From Syntrophales bacterium (GTDB lineage: Bacteria; Desulfobacterota; Syntrophia; Syntrophales; UBA2251), in NCBI GenBank assembly GCA_035358035.1, contig DAOPOS010000011.1, forward strand, positions 1,477 through 65,476: a stretch of 64,000 nt of DNA, written 5' to 3'. Made by a program: the position numbers and the translations under genes. Below the pieces are notes generated by a model. It was not told the DNA's origin. It did no database searches and saw only the letters and a list, made by a program, of their open reading frames with translations. Shown here in pieces: positions 50,446 through 59,847 of this stretch (position 1 is the first letter of the stretch; each line of letters opens with the position of its first letter).

Positions 50446-51654
50446 ATGGCTACGGGAATCAGGGACAAGGTTGCCATTATTGGCATGGGATGCACCAAAT
50501 TCGGCGAACGCTGGGATTGCGGTCCGGAAGACCTGATGGTGGAGGCGTTTCAGGAATGCCTGAGCGACGCCGGGATCGGGAAGAACGAGCTCCAGGCGGC
50601 CTGGTTCGGCTCCTGCCTGGATGAGGTGAACGTCGGGAAGAGCGCGCTGCCGCCCTCCCTGGCCCTGCGCCTGCCCAACATCGGCGTGACGAGGGTGGAA
50701 AATTACTGCGCGAGCGGCACGGAGGCCTTCCGGGGCGCCGTCTACGCCGTCGCGTCGGGGGCCTATGACATCTGCCTGGCCATCGGCGCCGAGAAGCTCA
50801 AGGACATCGGGTACGCGGGGCTGCCGGAATTCTCGGCCGGGATGGGCCTGACCAACCAGCAGTGGTTCCCCAACATGACCGCGCCGGGGTGCTTTGCCAT
50901 GCTGGCCAGCGGTTACAGCGCCAAATACGGGGTGGACATGAAGGAACTGAAGCGCGCGATGGCCCACATCTCGGCGAAAAGCCACGCCAACGGTGCCCTC
51001 AATCCCAAGGCGCACCTGCGGGCGCCGGTGACGGAAGAGGTCATCCTGAAGGCCCCCATGGTGGCCTATCCCCTGGGGCTTTTCGACTGCTGCGGCGTCA
51101 GTGACGGCTCGGCCTGCGCCATTGTCGCGACGCCGGAGGTGGCCCGGCGCCTCGGGAAGAAGGATTTCGTGACGGTCAAGGCCCTGCAGATGTCGCTGAG
51201 CAACGGCGAGGAGATGTCCTACACCAACTGGGACGGCTCCGGCTTCGTCACGACGGCCAAGGCGAGCGCCGCGGCCTACCGGGAGGCCGGGATTACGAAC
51301 CCCCGGGAGGAGATCAGCATGATGGAGGTCCATGACTGCTTCTCCATTACGGAACTCGTGACCATGGAGGATCTGCACATCTCCGCGCGGGGGGAAGCGA
51401 CGAAGGACATCATGGACGGCTTCTACGACCTGAACGGCAAGGTGCCCTGCCAGGTGGACGGAGGGCTCAAGTGCTTCGGACATCCGATCGGCGCCTCGGG
51501 GCTGAGGATGATTTACGAGATGTACCTCCAGCTTCACGGCCGTGCCGGCCAGCGGCAGCTCGAGAATCCCCGATACGGTCTGACCCACAACCTGGGCGGA
51601 TTCCCGTTCATGAACGTCTGCAGCATTGCCATCGTCGGCAGGAACGAGGCCTGA
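50446..51654 (+). CDS. SCP-x/archaeal-type thiolase
   Basis: ATG 50446, 3 nt after the upstream stop. ENYCASG nucleophile motif, plus HDCFS and CFGHPIGASG. Confidence 0.8.
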   Translation: MATGIRDKVAIIGMGCTKFGERWDCGPEDLMVEAFQECLSDAGIGKNELQAAWFGSCLDEVNVGKSALPPSLALRLPNIGVTRVENYCASGTEAFRGAVYAVASGAYDICLAIGAEKLKDIGYAGLPEFSAGMGLTNQQWFPNMTAPGCFAMLASGYSAKYGVDMKELKRAMAHISAKSHANGALNPKAHLRAPVTEEVILKAPMVAYPLGLFDCCGVSDGSACAIVATPEVARRLGKKDFVTVKALQMSLSNGEEMSYTNWDGSGFVTTAKASAAAYREAGITNPREEISMMEVHDCFSITELVTMEDLHISARGEATKDIMDGFYDLNGKVPCQVDGGLKCFGHPIGASGLRMIYEMYLQLHGRAGQRQLENPRYGLTHNLGGFPFMNVCSIAIVGRNEA

Positions 51655-51748
51655 TGGATGTCCCGGGCCGGGGGAGTGCCGGGACAGACGGCGGCCCCCC
51701 GGCGATCCAGGATGATTCTGCAAGGATGAGAGGAGCGCAGGAACCGGA

Positions 51749-52657
51749 ATGCCGCCCTTGATTCAGACGGAATTCACCTCCGTGATGGGCATCCGCTATC
51801 CCATCATCGGGGCGCCCATGTTTCTGGTCTCCTACGAGGAGCTCGTCGTGGCCGTCTGCGAGGCCGGGGGGCTCGGCATGCTTCCCCTGCCGAATTACCG
51901 GACAGCGGAGCAGCTGCGGCGGGCCCTGGACGTCATCCGCTCCCGGACGGAGGCGCCGGTGGGTGTCAACATCCACCTCTCCGGAAAATTTCCCTGGCAG
52001 GAACAGCTCGATCTCTGTCTCGATCATGGGGTGAAGTTCTTCATTACGTCGCTCGGCGATCCCCGCCTGATCCTGGATGCCGTGCATGCGCACGGGGGAT
52101 GGGTGTTCGCCGACGTCGTCTCGCTCGCCCAGGGACTGAAGGCGAAAGCGGGCGGCGTGGACGGTCTGGTGGCGGTGGGGGCCGGCGCCGGCGGTCATGG
52201 TGGCCGGATCTCGACGCTTGTTCTCGTTCCGTACCTGAAGGAGGCGATCGGACTGCCCGTGGTCGCGGCGGGTGGCATCGCGACCGGCGCTCAGATGGCG
52301 GCGGCTCTCGCGGTCGGCGCCTGTGCGGTGATCGTGGGGACTCGGTTCATCGCCACGCCCGAATCCAGGGCCTCCGCGGCTTACAAGCAGGCGGTCATCG
52401 ACGCCGACCCGGACGGCATCGTCTGCACGGATCGAATCACGGGCAATCCGGCGAACTGGATCGCCGCGAGCATCGCGGACATGGAGGAGCGTCCGCCGCT
52501 CACCTCGAAAAAATGGCTGGATTTCTGGAGCGCGGGACAGAGCGTGGCCCAGGTGAGGAACATCCGGCCGGCGGCGGAGATCGTCGCCGAGATGGTGCGC
52601 GAGTATGGTGAGACGTGCCGACGCATGCAGGGCACGGTGGTATCGAACGGAACGTGA
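51749..52657 (+). CDS. nitronate monooxygenase / FabK-like FMN oxidoreductase
   Basis: YPIIGAPMFLVS, GGLGMLP and VVAAGGIATG motifs of the NMO/enoyl-reductase II family. Confidence 0.75.
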   Translation: MPPLIQTEFTSVMGIRYPIIGAPMFLVSYEELVVAVCEAGGLGMLPLPNYRTAEQLRRALDVIRSRTEAPVGVNIHLSGKFPWQEQLDLCLDHGVKFFITSLGDPRLILDAVHAHGGWVFADVVSLAQGLKAKAGGVDGLVAVGAGAGGHGGRISTLVLVPYLKEAIGLPVVAAGGIATGAQMAAALAVGACAVIVGTRFIATPESRASAAYKQAVIDADPDGIVCTDRITGNPANWIAASIADMEERPPLTSKKWLDFWSAGQSVAQVRNIRPAAEIVAEMVREYGETCRRMQGTVVSNGT

Positions 52658-52676
52658 TCAAGGGAGGAGGTCCACC

Positions 52677-53861
52677 ATGAGTAAACTGAAGGGAAAGGTC
52701 GCCATCATCGGGATCGGCGAAGTCCCCACGGGGAGATTTCCGGAGACGGCGGCCATCTATCACGCCATTGCCTCGGCCAGGCTGGCCATCCGGGATGCCG
52801 GAATCCAGAAGGACGAGATCGACTATGTCATGCCCACGGCGGCGCTGTTCAGCCCCCAGTTCAACACGGAACTCGTGACCTGTCGGGTGGCCGAGGAACT
52901 GGGGCTCAAGAACGTGAAGAAGAACTGCCAGGTGTTCGCGGGCGGTTCCAGTAGCACCTGCGCCCTGGAAATCGCCGCGAGCCTCATCAACAGCGGCGCG
53001 GCGAACATGATCCTGTTCGTCCATGCCGACCGCCTGGGGACGGGCGTCTCCGCGCAGGGCGGCATCGATCTGTTCTCCACCGCCGGGATCTCCGCGGAGT
53101 GGGAAGTGCCGTTCGGCCAGCATTACTCGGCGATCGCCGCCATGTCGACCATGCGCTACAAGTACGAGACGGGCTGTACGGACGAGCACCTCTCGGCGGT
53201 CTGCGTCTCCAACCGAAAGTGGGCGCAGCTGAACCCCAACGCGATGTTCAAGAAGGACCTGACGGTCGAGGAGATCATGGCCTCCAAGCAACTCTCCACG
53301 CCGCTGAGGGTCAAGCACTCCAACGTCCTGGCGGATGGCGGGGCGGCCTTCATCGTGACCTCGGCCGAGCGGGCGAGGGCCATCTGCGAGCGTCCCGTGT
53401 ACCTGCTGGGCGAGGGGGGCGTCGTGACCCACTTCGTCTTTTCCCAGGAACCCGATGTCAGCCGGTTCGGATGGGCCAGGGCGGGGCGGATGGCCTTCGA
53501 GGAGGCCGGGCTCACCCCCAAGGACGTCGACGTGGCGGAGATCTACGATTCCTATCCGATCTACCAGCTGATCGGCTTCGAGGAGCTCGGTTTCGCCGAG
53601 CGGGGACAGGGCGGCGAGATGTTCCTGAAGGGCGATACCTGGCCCGGCGGGAAGATTCCGACGACGACCAATGGCGGCATGCTGTCGCAGGGGCATACGG
53701 GTGCCGGCGGCGCCGTGGCCCTGATGGTCGAGACGACGCGCCAGTTGATGGGCAAGGCCGGCGTGCGGCAGGTCCAGGGGGCGCGCTTCGCGGTCGAGAC
53801 GGCCGTCGGAGGGACGTACATGGACGCCCAGGTCACCATCCTGGGAACGGAAATTCCGTAG
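52677..53861 (+). CDS. thiolase-superfamily protein lacking the catalytic cysteines (Ltp2-like?)
   Basis: ATG 52677 after GGAGGAGG. Aligned by eye to the neighbouring thiolase: NYCASG becomes FAGGSS, HDCFS becomes YDSYP, and GH is retained (SQGHTGAGG). Confidence 0.7.
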   Translation: MSKLKGKVAIIGIGEVPTGRFPETAAIYHAIASARLAIRDAGIQKDEIDYVMPTAALFSPQFNTELVTCRVAEELGLKNVKKNCQVFAGGSSSTCALEIAASLINSGAANMILFVHADRLGTGVSAQGGIDLFSTAGISAEWEVPFGQHYSAIAAMSTMRYKYETGCTDEHLSAVCVSNRKWAQLNPNAMFKKDLTVEEIMASKQLSTPLRVKHSNVLADGGAAFIVTSAERARAICERPVYLLGEGGVVTHFVFSQEPDVSRFGWARAGRMAFEEAGLTPKDVDVAEIYDSYPIYQLIGFEELGFAERGQGGEMFLKGDTWPGGKIPTTTNGGMLSQGHTGAGGAVALMVETTRQLMGKAGVRQVQGARFAVETAVGGTYMDAQVTILGTEIP

Positions 53862-53877
53862 GGAGAGGAGGTCAGTC

Positions 53878-54297
53878 ATGGATACACCCGTTAAACCCAA
53901 ACCAGTTCCGGTCGTCAATCCCTGGGCCAGGCCCTTCTGGGAGGCGGCGCGGGAAAACAAGCTGATCATCCAGCAATGCAAGGATTGCGGCACCTACATC
54001 TTCTACCCGCGGATCGCCTGCACGAACTGCTTTTCGGACAACGTGGCCTGGGTGCCGGCGTCGGGCCGGGGGAAGGTCTATACGTACACGGTCGTCGAGA
54101 GCTATCCGCCCTCGGCCTTCATTCCCGATCTGCCCTTTGTGGTCGCCGTGGTCCGCCTGGAGGAAGGGGTGCAGATGCTGAGCAACATCGTCGGCTGCGA
54201 TCCGCACAGCGTCTATTGCGAAATGCCGGTGACGGTCGTTTTCGAGAAATTGAACGAGGAATTCACCCTGCCGAAGTTCAAGCCGGTGGAAGCGTAA
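53878..54297 (+). CDS. DUF35 zinc-ribbon/OB-fold protein
   Basis: CKDCGTYIFYPRIACTNC four-Cys ribbon, followed by GKVYTYTVV OB-fold; 139 aa. Confidence 0.8.
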   Translation: MDTPVKPKPVPVVNPWARPFWEAARENKLIIQQCKDCGTYIFYPRIACTNCFSDNVAWVPASGRGKVYTYTVVESYPPSAFIPDLPFVVAVVRLEEGVQMLSNIVGCDPHSVYCEMPVTVVFEKLNEEFTLPKFKPVEA

Positions 54298-54341
54298 GGT
54301 TCCGCGGCTCGGACGGGGCGGTTGGATCAAGGAGGTGGATC

Positions 54342-54791
54342 ATGTCGCAGAAGTGCTGGGAAGATTTCGATATCGGCTTCAATTTCCGGACGCCGTCCAT
54401 CACGGTGACGGAGACGCATGTGGTGAACTGGGCGGGCTTGACCATGGATTTTTACCCCCTCCACATGGACGCGGAGTATTGCGCAAAGACGGTCTTCAAG
54501 GAGCGGATCGCCCACGGGCCGCTCATCTTCGGGATGGCCGTCGGCATGGCGGGCCTGGCGAAGGTGGAGGGCGGGTCGATCCTCGCCTGGATGGGCGTGG
54601 ATCAGATGCGCATGAAGGCCCCGGTCAAGTTCGGGGACACGATTACGGTCCATATCGAAACGGTGGAGAAGAAGGAGACGAGCAAGCCCTCGCAGGGATT
54701 GCAGACCTGGCGTTATACGGTGAAGAACCAGCGCGACGAGGCCGTCATGGTTTTCGACATGAAGTTTCTGATGCGCCGGAAAGGCGCCTGA
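54342..54791 (+). CDS. MaoC-like (R-specific) enoyl-CoA hydratase
   Basis: ATG 54342 after GGAGGTGG. Hot-dog fold motifs DFYPLHMD and IAHGPLIF. Confidence 0.8.
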   Translation: MSQKCWEDFDIGFNFRTPSITVTETHVVNWAGLTMDFYPLHMDAEYCAKTVFKERIAHGPLIFGMAVGMAGLAKVEGGSILAWMGVDQMRMKAPVKFGDTITVHIETVEKKETSKPSQGLQTWRYTVKNQRDEAVMVFDMKFLMRRKGA

Positions 54792-54857
54792 CGCCCGCGC
54801 GGACGGTCCCCCTCCCTGCCGGGGGAGGCGCCGGACGTGTTTGGAAGGAGACGGAAC

Positions 54858-56015
54858 GTGGATTTCAATTTCAGCGAGAAGCAGAATGCGTTGCGGGAGA
54901 AGGTGCGGGGATATACCGAGGCCAACATTTCCCGGGCCGTGGTTCGTGAAATCGAGGAGAGGGACGAGTTCCCCCACGATCTCGTGGAAAAATTCTGCGA
55001 ACTGGGGCTGGCCAGGATCAATATCCCCGAGGCCTACGGAGGCCTGAACGGCGACATCGTGGACTTGATGATCGTCTTCGAGGAGATCGCCAAGCGGTCC
55101 CCCGTCCTGTGCTGGAACCTCGGCAACATCCTCCTGTACGGCAACGAGATCATCGGCGTGAACGGCAACCGGGCCCAGAAGGACGAATATCTCCCGAAAC
55201 TGGCCCGGGGCGAGATCATGTTCAGCTTCGCCATTACGGAGCCCAACGCCGGTTCGGATGCCGCCAGCATCAAGACGCGGGCGCTGGAGGCGGTTCCGAA
55301 GGACGGGTCCTACGTGATCAACGGCGGCAAGATGTTCATCACCGGGGCGGGTGTGACGCAGTACACGGTGACGTTCGCCCGGACCGCCGAATCGAAATAC
55401 GGCGGCATCACGTCCTTCGTCGTCGACACGTCCCTGGCGGGTTACAGCGCGAAGCCGATCAAGAAGCTCGGCTTCCACGGGTCGAATACCTGCGAGGTGG
55501 TCTACGACAACGTCCGGGTGCCCCCGCAATCCATTCTCGGCGGGGAGGAAAAGGGGCTCAACAACGGCTGGAAGCAGGAGATGAAGCTCTTGAACCAGGA
55601 GCGGCTCGTCCTGTCGTCCATGACGCTGGGCATGGCGCAGTCCTCCTTCGACGAGGCCCTGCAGTTTGCCCGGGAGAAGATGCAGCGGACCGATCCGGGC
55701 ACGGACGTGCAGTCGATCCAGCACGACATCGCCGAGATGGCTTCGGAGCTGGAGGCCATGAAGGTCCTGGCCTACAGCGCGGCCTGGAAGGAGGCGCAGG
55801 GGTTGAACCCGGTCCGGGAAACCTCCATGACCAAGTACTTCTGCGCCGAGACGGCCAAGCAGATCATCCTGAAAGGGATGAACGTCCTGGGCGAGAGCGC
55901 CTCCTCCATGGACTACGAGATGCAGAGAAACCTCCGGGAGATTCTCATCTTCTCCATCGGTGGAGGGACGTCGCAAATCCAGAAGAACATCATCTGCAAG
56001 ACCTTTGGACTTTGA
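54858..56015 (+). CDS. acyl-CoA dehydrogenase
   Basis: GTG 54858 after GGAAGGAG. FNFSEKQNALREKV and ITEPNAGSD motifs; C-terminal IGGGTSQIQKNII. Confidence 0.85.
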   Translation: MDFNFSEKQNALREKVRGYTEANISRAVVREIEERDEFPHDLVEKFCELGLARINIPEAYGGLNGDIVDLMIVFEEIAKRSPVLCWNLGNILLYGNEIIGVNGNRAQKDEYLPKLARGEIMFSFAITEPNAGSDAASIKTRALEAVPKDGSYVINGGKMFITGAGVTQYTVTFARTAESKYGGITSFVVDTSLAGYSAKPIKKLGFHGSNTCEVVYDNVRVPPQSILGGEEKGLNNGWKQEMKLLNQERLVLSSMTLGMAQSSFDEALQFAREKMQRTDPGTDVQSIQHDIAEMASELEAMKVLAYSAAWKEAQGLNPVRETSMTKYFCAETAKQIILKGMNVLGESASSMDYEMQRNLREILIFSIGGGTSQIQKNIICKTFGL

Positions 56016-56085
56016 GGGCCGGCCGAACCGGGGGATGAGCGGGGGGCAGCCGGACCGATTATGCGTTGACGGAAGGAGAGGGAAC

Positions 56086-58095
56086 ATGGGGCGGATTTTT
56101 ACGTGCAGCAACGAGGACGGCATCGCCGTGGTCCGGTTCGACGTGCCCGGCGAGGCGATGAACACCTGGACGGAGGAGGCCATCGCGGATTTTGCCGTTC
56201 TGCTCGAAACCCTGGAGAAGGAAAAGTCGGCCTATCGGGGTGTGATCTTCATCTCCGGCAAAAGCACGAATTTTCATGCCGGGGCGAATCTGAACATGCT
56301 GGGGGCGGAGAAGGACCTGGCGGACTTCCGGAAGGGGTGCGACGCGTTCAACGGGCTCTTCATCCGGCTGGAAAACCTCGGCATCCCCACCGTGGCCGCC
56401 ATCCATGGCCCCTGCATGGGCGGGGGGTATGAATTCGCCCTGACCATGACGGCGCGGATCGCGACCGACAGCAGGCGGACGACGATCGGCCTGCCCGAGT
56501 GCAACGTGGGCGTTATCCCCGGCGCCGGCGGCACCCAGCGTCTCCCCCGGCTCATCGGCTATCCGGCCCTGGATTTCATCCCCCGCGGCGCCGTTCTGCC
56601 CGCGGCCAAGGCCCTGGAGGTCGGCATGGTCGACCGGGTGATCCCGGAGGGGGACGACCTGCTGGCCAAGGCGAAAGGCCTGCTCGTGGAGATCATCGCC
56701 GGGACGGCCGGGCTGAAGCGTGAGAAGCCGGACCTGTCCGCACTCGACGCGACGCTCGAGGCGGCGAAAAAGAACGTGCTCAAGGCGACGCGGGGACGGG
56801 CGATACCGGCGCCGATGCTGGCGCTCAAGGCGATGAGCGAGGGACTCAAGGTGCCGATCGAGCAGGGCTTGAAGATCGAAACGGACTGTTTCATCGAGGC
56901 GCTCAAGGCCCCGGAATGCAAGGGGACGATCAACACCTTCTTCCTGAAGACCCTCTCCGACAAGCCTCAGGCCATGATTCCCAGGGGATTCGAGCCCAAG
57001 CCCATCCGGACATTCGGCGTCCTCGGCTTCGGCACGATGGGGCGCGGGATCGTCATCAACATCCTGACCCGGACAAAGCTGCCCGTCGTCGTCAAGGACG
57101 TCTCCGAAGCCCTGGAGCCGGGCATGGGCTTCATCCGGAAGATTCTGGAAGGCATGGCGGCCAAGAACCGCCTGAAGGAGCCCGTCGAGAACCTGCTCGC
57201 CCGGGTCAAGCCGGTGGCGGACTGGACAGACGACTTTACGGACGTCGATTGCGTCATCGAGGCCGTCTTCGAAGATCCCGCCGTCAAGGACCAGGTCTAC
57301 CGGGAGCTGTGCCAGACCGTCGCGGACGACTGCCTCCTGGCGACGAATACCTCGAGCCTGCCCGTGGACAAACTGGCGAAGAGCGTCTCGAACCCGGAGC
57401 GGTTCGTGGGGGCCCATTTCTTCTCCCCCGTCTGGATGATGCAGCTTCTGGAGATCATCCGGGGCCAGGCCACGAGCGACGCCACGACGAACAACATGCT
57501 GGCCGTCTGCGCCGCCCTCGGCAAGCGCCCGGTCGTCTGCAAGGACAACCCCGGGTTCGTGGTCAACGCCATGCTCTTCCCGTATTTCATCAAGGCCTTC
57601 GATCTCCTCGCGGAAGGCGTGCCCATGGACAGGATCGACGCGGCCATGATGAAGTTCGGCCTGCCCGTGGGGCCCATCCGCCTGACCGACGAGGTCGGGA
57701 TCGACGTCTCCTATCTCGTCCTGACGAAGTCCCTCGGGATGACGCCGCCGGTGGCCCTCGAGAACGTCTACCAGGCGGGTCGCTACGGCCGAAACAAGAA
57801 CGGCAAGGGATTCTACGCGGCGGACGGGTCGCCCGATCCCGAGGTCCTGCCCCTGATCAATCCGGACAACAGGCAGAAGGACTATTCCGTGACCGAGCTG
57901 CAGAACATGCTCTTCACCCCCTTCGTCCAGACGGGTCACGACCTGCTTGGGAAGGGGGTCGTCAGCGATCCGCGGTCGATCGACATCGGCGCGATCTGGG
58001 GGGTCGGTTTCCCGGCCGACAAGGGCGGTCCGATGAAATGGGGCGACCTGATCGGATTGAGCGAGAAGCTCTACGGCAAGAAATTCTACGCATAA
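56086..58095 (+). CDS. bifunctional enoyl-CoA hydratase / 3-hydroxyacyl-CoA dehydrogenase (FadB/PimF-like)
   Basis: Crotonase AIHGPCMGGGYEFAL; NAD-binding VLGFGTMGRGI; HFFSPV motif. Confidence 0.85.
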   Translation: MGRIFTCSNEDGIAVVRFDVPGEAMNTWTEEAIADFAVLLETLEKEKSAYRGVIFISGKSTNFHAGANLNMLGAEKDLADFRKGCDAFNGLFIRLENLGIPTVAAIHGPCMGGGYEFALTMTARIATDSRRTTIGLPECNVGVIPGAGGTQRLPRLIGYPALDFIPRGAVLPAAKALEVGMVDRVIPEGDDLLAKAKGLLVEIIAGTAGLKREKPDLSALDATLEAAKKNVLKATRGRAIPAPMLALKAMSEGLKVPIEQGLKIETDCFIEALKAPECKGTINTFFLKTLSDKPQAMIPRGFEPKPIRTFGVLGFGTMGRGIVINILTRTKLPVVVKDVSEALEPGMGFIRKILEGMAAKNRLKEPVENLLARVKPVADWTDDFTDVDCVIEAVFEDPAVKDQVYRELCQTVADDCLLATNTSSLPVDKLAKSVSNPERFVGAHFFSPVWMMQLLEIIRGQATSDATTNNMLAVCAALGKRPVVCKDNPGFVVNAMLFPYFIKAFDLLAEGVPMDRIDAAMMKFGLPVGPIRLTDEVGIDVSYLVLTKSLGMTPPVALENVYQAGRYGRNKNGKGFYAADGSPDPEVLPLINPDNRQKDYSVTELQNMLFTPFVQTGHDLLGKGVVSDPRSIDIGAIWGVGFPADKGGPMKWGDLIGLSEKLYGKKFYA

Positions 58096-58177
58096 AAACG
58101 GAATTGCCGCACGCCGGAGGCCGCCTGTTCTGGGAACAGGCCGGCGCCCCGGGGCCGGCGAGAAAGGAAGGAACGTC

Positions 58178-59761
58178 ATGGCAACACTGTTTCACGGCAT
58201 CACCTGCGCGGACCTGTATGACCGTTCGGTGGCGGCTTTTCGTTCCCGCACCGCCATTCTCTTCAACGACGAGACGTACACCTACGACGCGCTGCAGAAG
58301 AACGCCTATTCCCTGGCCCATGCCCTCGACAAGCTGGGGCTCAAGAAGGGCGATCGGGTCGCGTTCCTGATGGCCAACTGTCCGGAATACATCTTCTGCG
58401 AGTATGCGCTGGGAAAGCTCGGGCTGGTCCGTGTTCCCCTGGCCGTTTTGCTCAGCTCCAAGGATCACATCTACATGATGAATCAGTCCGAGTGCAAGGC
58501 CCTGATCTACCATGAACGAATGGCCGGTCGGGTTCAGGAGATGATCCCCTCGCTCGAGACGGTCAAGCAGTTCATCTGCGTGACCCAGGATCCGGCGAGC
58601 GTGATGTCCGGGCACGAGCACCTGCAGTCCCTGATCGCGGCGAACCCGCCGGAAGCGCCCCGGGTCGCGCTTGAATGCACGGACCTGGTCGCGATCTATT
58701 ACACCGGTGGCACCACCGGCCTTCCCAAGGGCGTGATGATGGACCACAACACCTGGGTGGGCACGTTTATCAGCGAGATGCTCCACCTGGGGCTGGATTG
58801 GGACGAGGTCTTCGCCTTCGCCACGCCGCTGACCCATGCGGGGGGGTGCCTGATCCTGCCAATCCTGCTGAAACGCGGGACCTGCGAGATCCAGGATCAT
58901 TTCGACCCGAAGCTCTTTCTGGAGCGGGTGGAGAAGGTCAAGGTCACGACGACCTTCATCGTGCCCACGATGATCTACGTCCTGCTCGATTATCCGGACC
59001 TCAAGAAGTACGACCTCGCCAGCCTGCGCAACATCATCTACGGCGCGTCCGCCATCGCTCCGGCGCGCCTGAAGCAGGCGGTGGACACGCTGGGGCCGAT
59101 CTTCACCCAGCTCTTCGGGCAGACGGAGTCTCCCATGATGATCAGCGCCCTGTCCCGTCAGGAGCACGTCATCGACGATCCGGAGCGGCAGATGAAGGTC
59201 TACACGTCCTGCGGGCGCCCGGTCATGACGGCCGACGTCCGCATCGTGGACGAGAACGGCAAGGAGCTGCCCCGGGGCGAGGCGGGGGATATCGTCTGCC
59301 GGACGATCAACATGATGACGGGCTACCTCAAGAATCCGGAACAGACGGCGGAGACGATCCGGGACGGCTGGCTGTGGACCGGGGACGTGGGAAAGTTCGA
59401 CGAGGAGGGGTACCTCTACATCGTGGACCGTTCCAAGGATATGATCATCAGCGGCGGGTTCAACATCTTCCCCCGGGAGATCGAGGATGTCCTCCATGAG
59501 CACCCCGCGGTGAAAAACGTGGCCGTGGTGGGCGTGCCTCACGAGAAGTGGGGCGAGGAAGTCACGGCGGTGGTGTCGCTGCATGCGGGCAAGACCGCGA
59601 GCGAAAAGGAACTCGTCCAGTTCGTCAAGGAGCGCAAGGGAAGCCTCCTGGCCCCGAAGAGCGTCAAGTTCTGGGAGGAGATTCCCCTGACGAACCTCGG
59701 CAAGCTGGACAAGAAGAAGATCCGGGAAATGTTCTGGAAGGGGATGGACCGCAAGGTGTGA
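58178..59761 (+). CDS. AMP-forming acyl-CoA ligase
   Basis: YTGGTTGLPKGV and GWLWTGDVGKFDEEGYLYIVDRSKDMI motifs. Confidence 0.85.
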   Translation: MATLFHGITCADLYDRSVAAFRSRTAILFNDETYTYDALQKNAYSLAHALDKLGLKKGDRVAFLMANCPEYIFCEYALGKLGLVRVPLAVLLSSKDHIYMMNQSECKALIYHERMAGRVQEMIPSLETVKQFICVTQDPASVMSGHEHLQSLIAANPPEAPRVALECTDLVAIYYTGGTTGLPKGVMMDHNTWVGTFISEMLHLGLDWDEVFAFATPLTHAGGCLILPILLKRGTCEIQDHFDPKLFLERVEKVKVTTTFIVPTMIYVLLDYPDLKKYDLASLRNIIYGASAIAPARLKQAVDTLGPIFTQLFGQTESPMMISALSRQEHVIDDPERQMKVYTSCGRPVMTADVRIVDENGKELPRGEAGDIVCRTINMMTGYLKNPEQTAETIRDGWLWTGDVGKFDEEGYLYIVDRSKDMIISGGFNIFPREIEDVLHEHPAVKNVAVVGVPHEKWGEEVTAVVSLHAGKTASEKELVQFVKERKGSLLAPKSVKFWEEIPLTNLGKLDKKKIREMFWKGMDRKV

Positions 59762-59847
59762 GGCGGCTCCCCGGAAGCGGAACGGAGGAGGGAGGGGGGA
59801 ACGTCCCCCCTGCCGCTCTCGGCCTGATCAGGGAAAAGGATTGAAAA

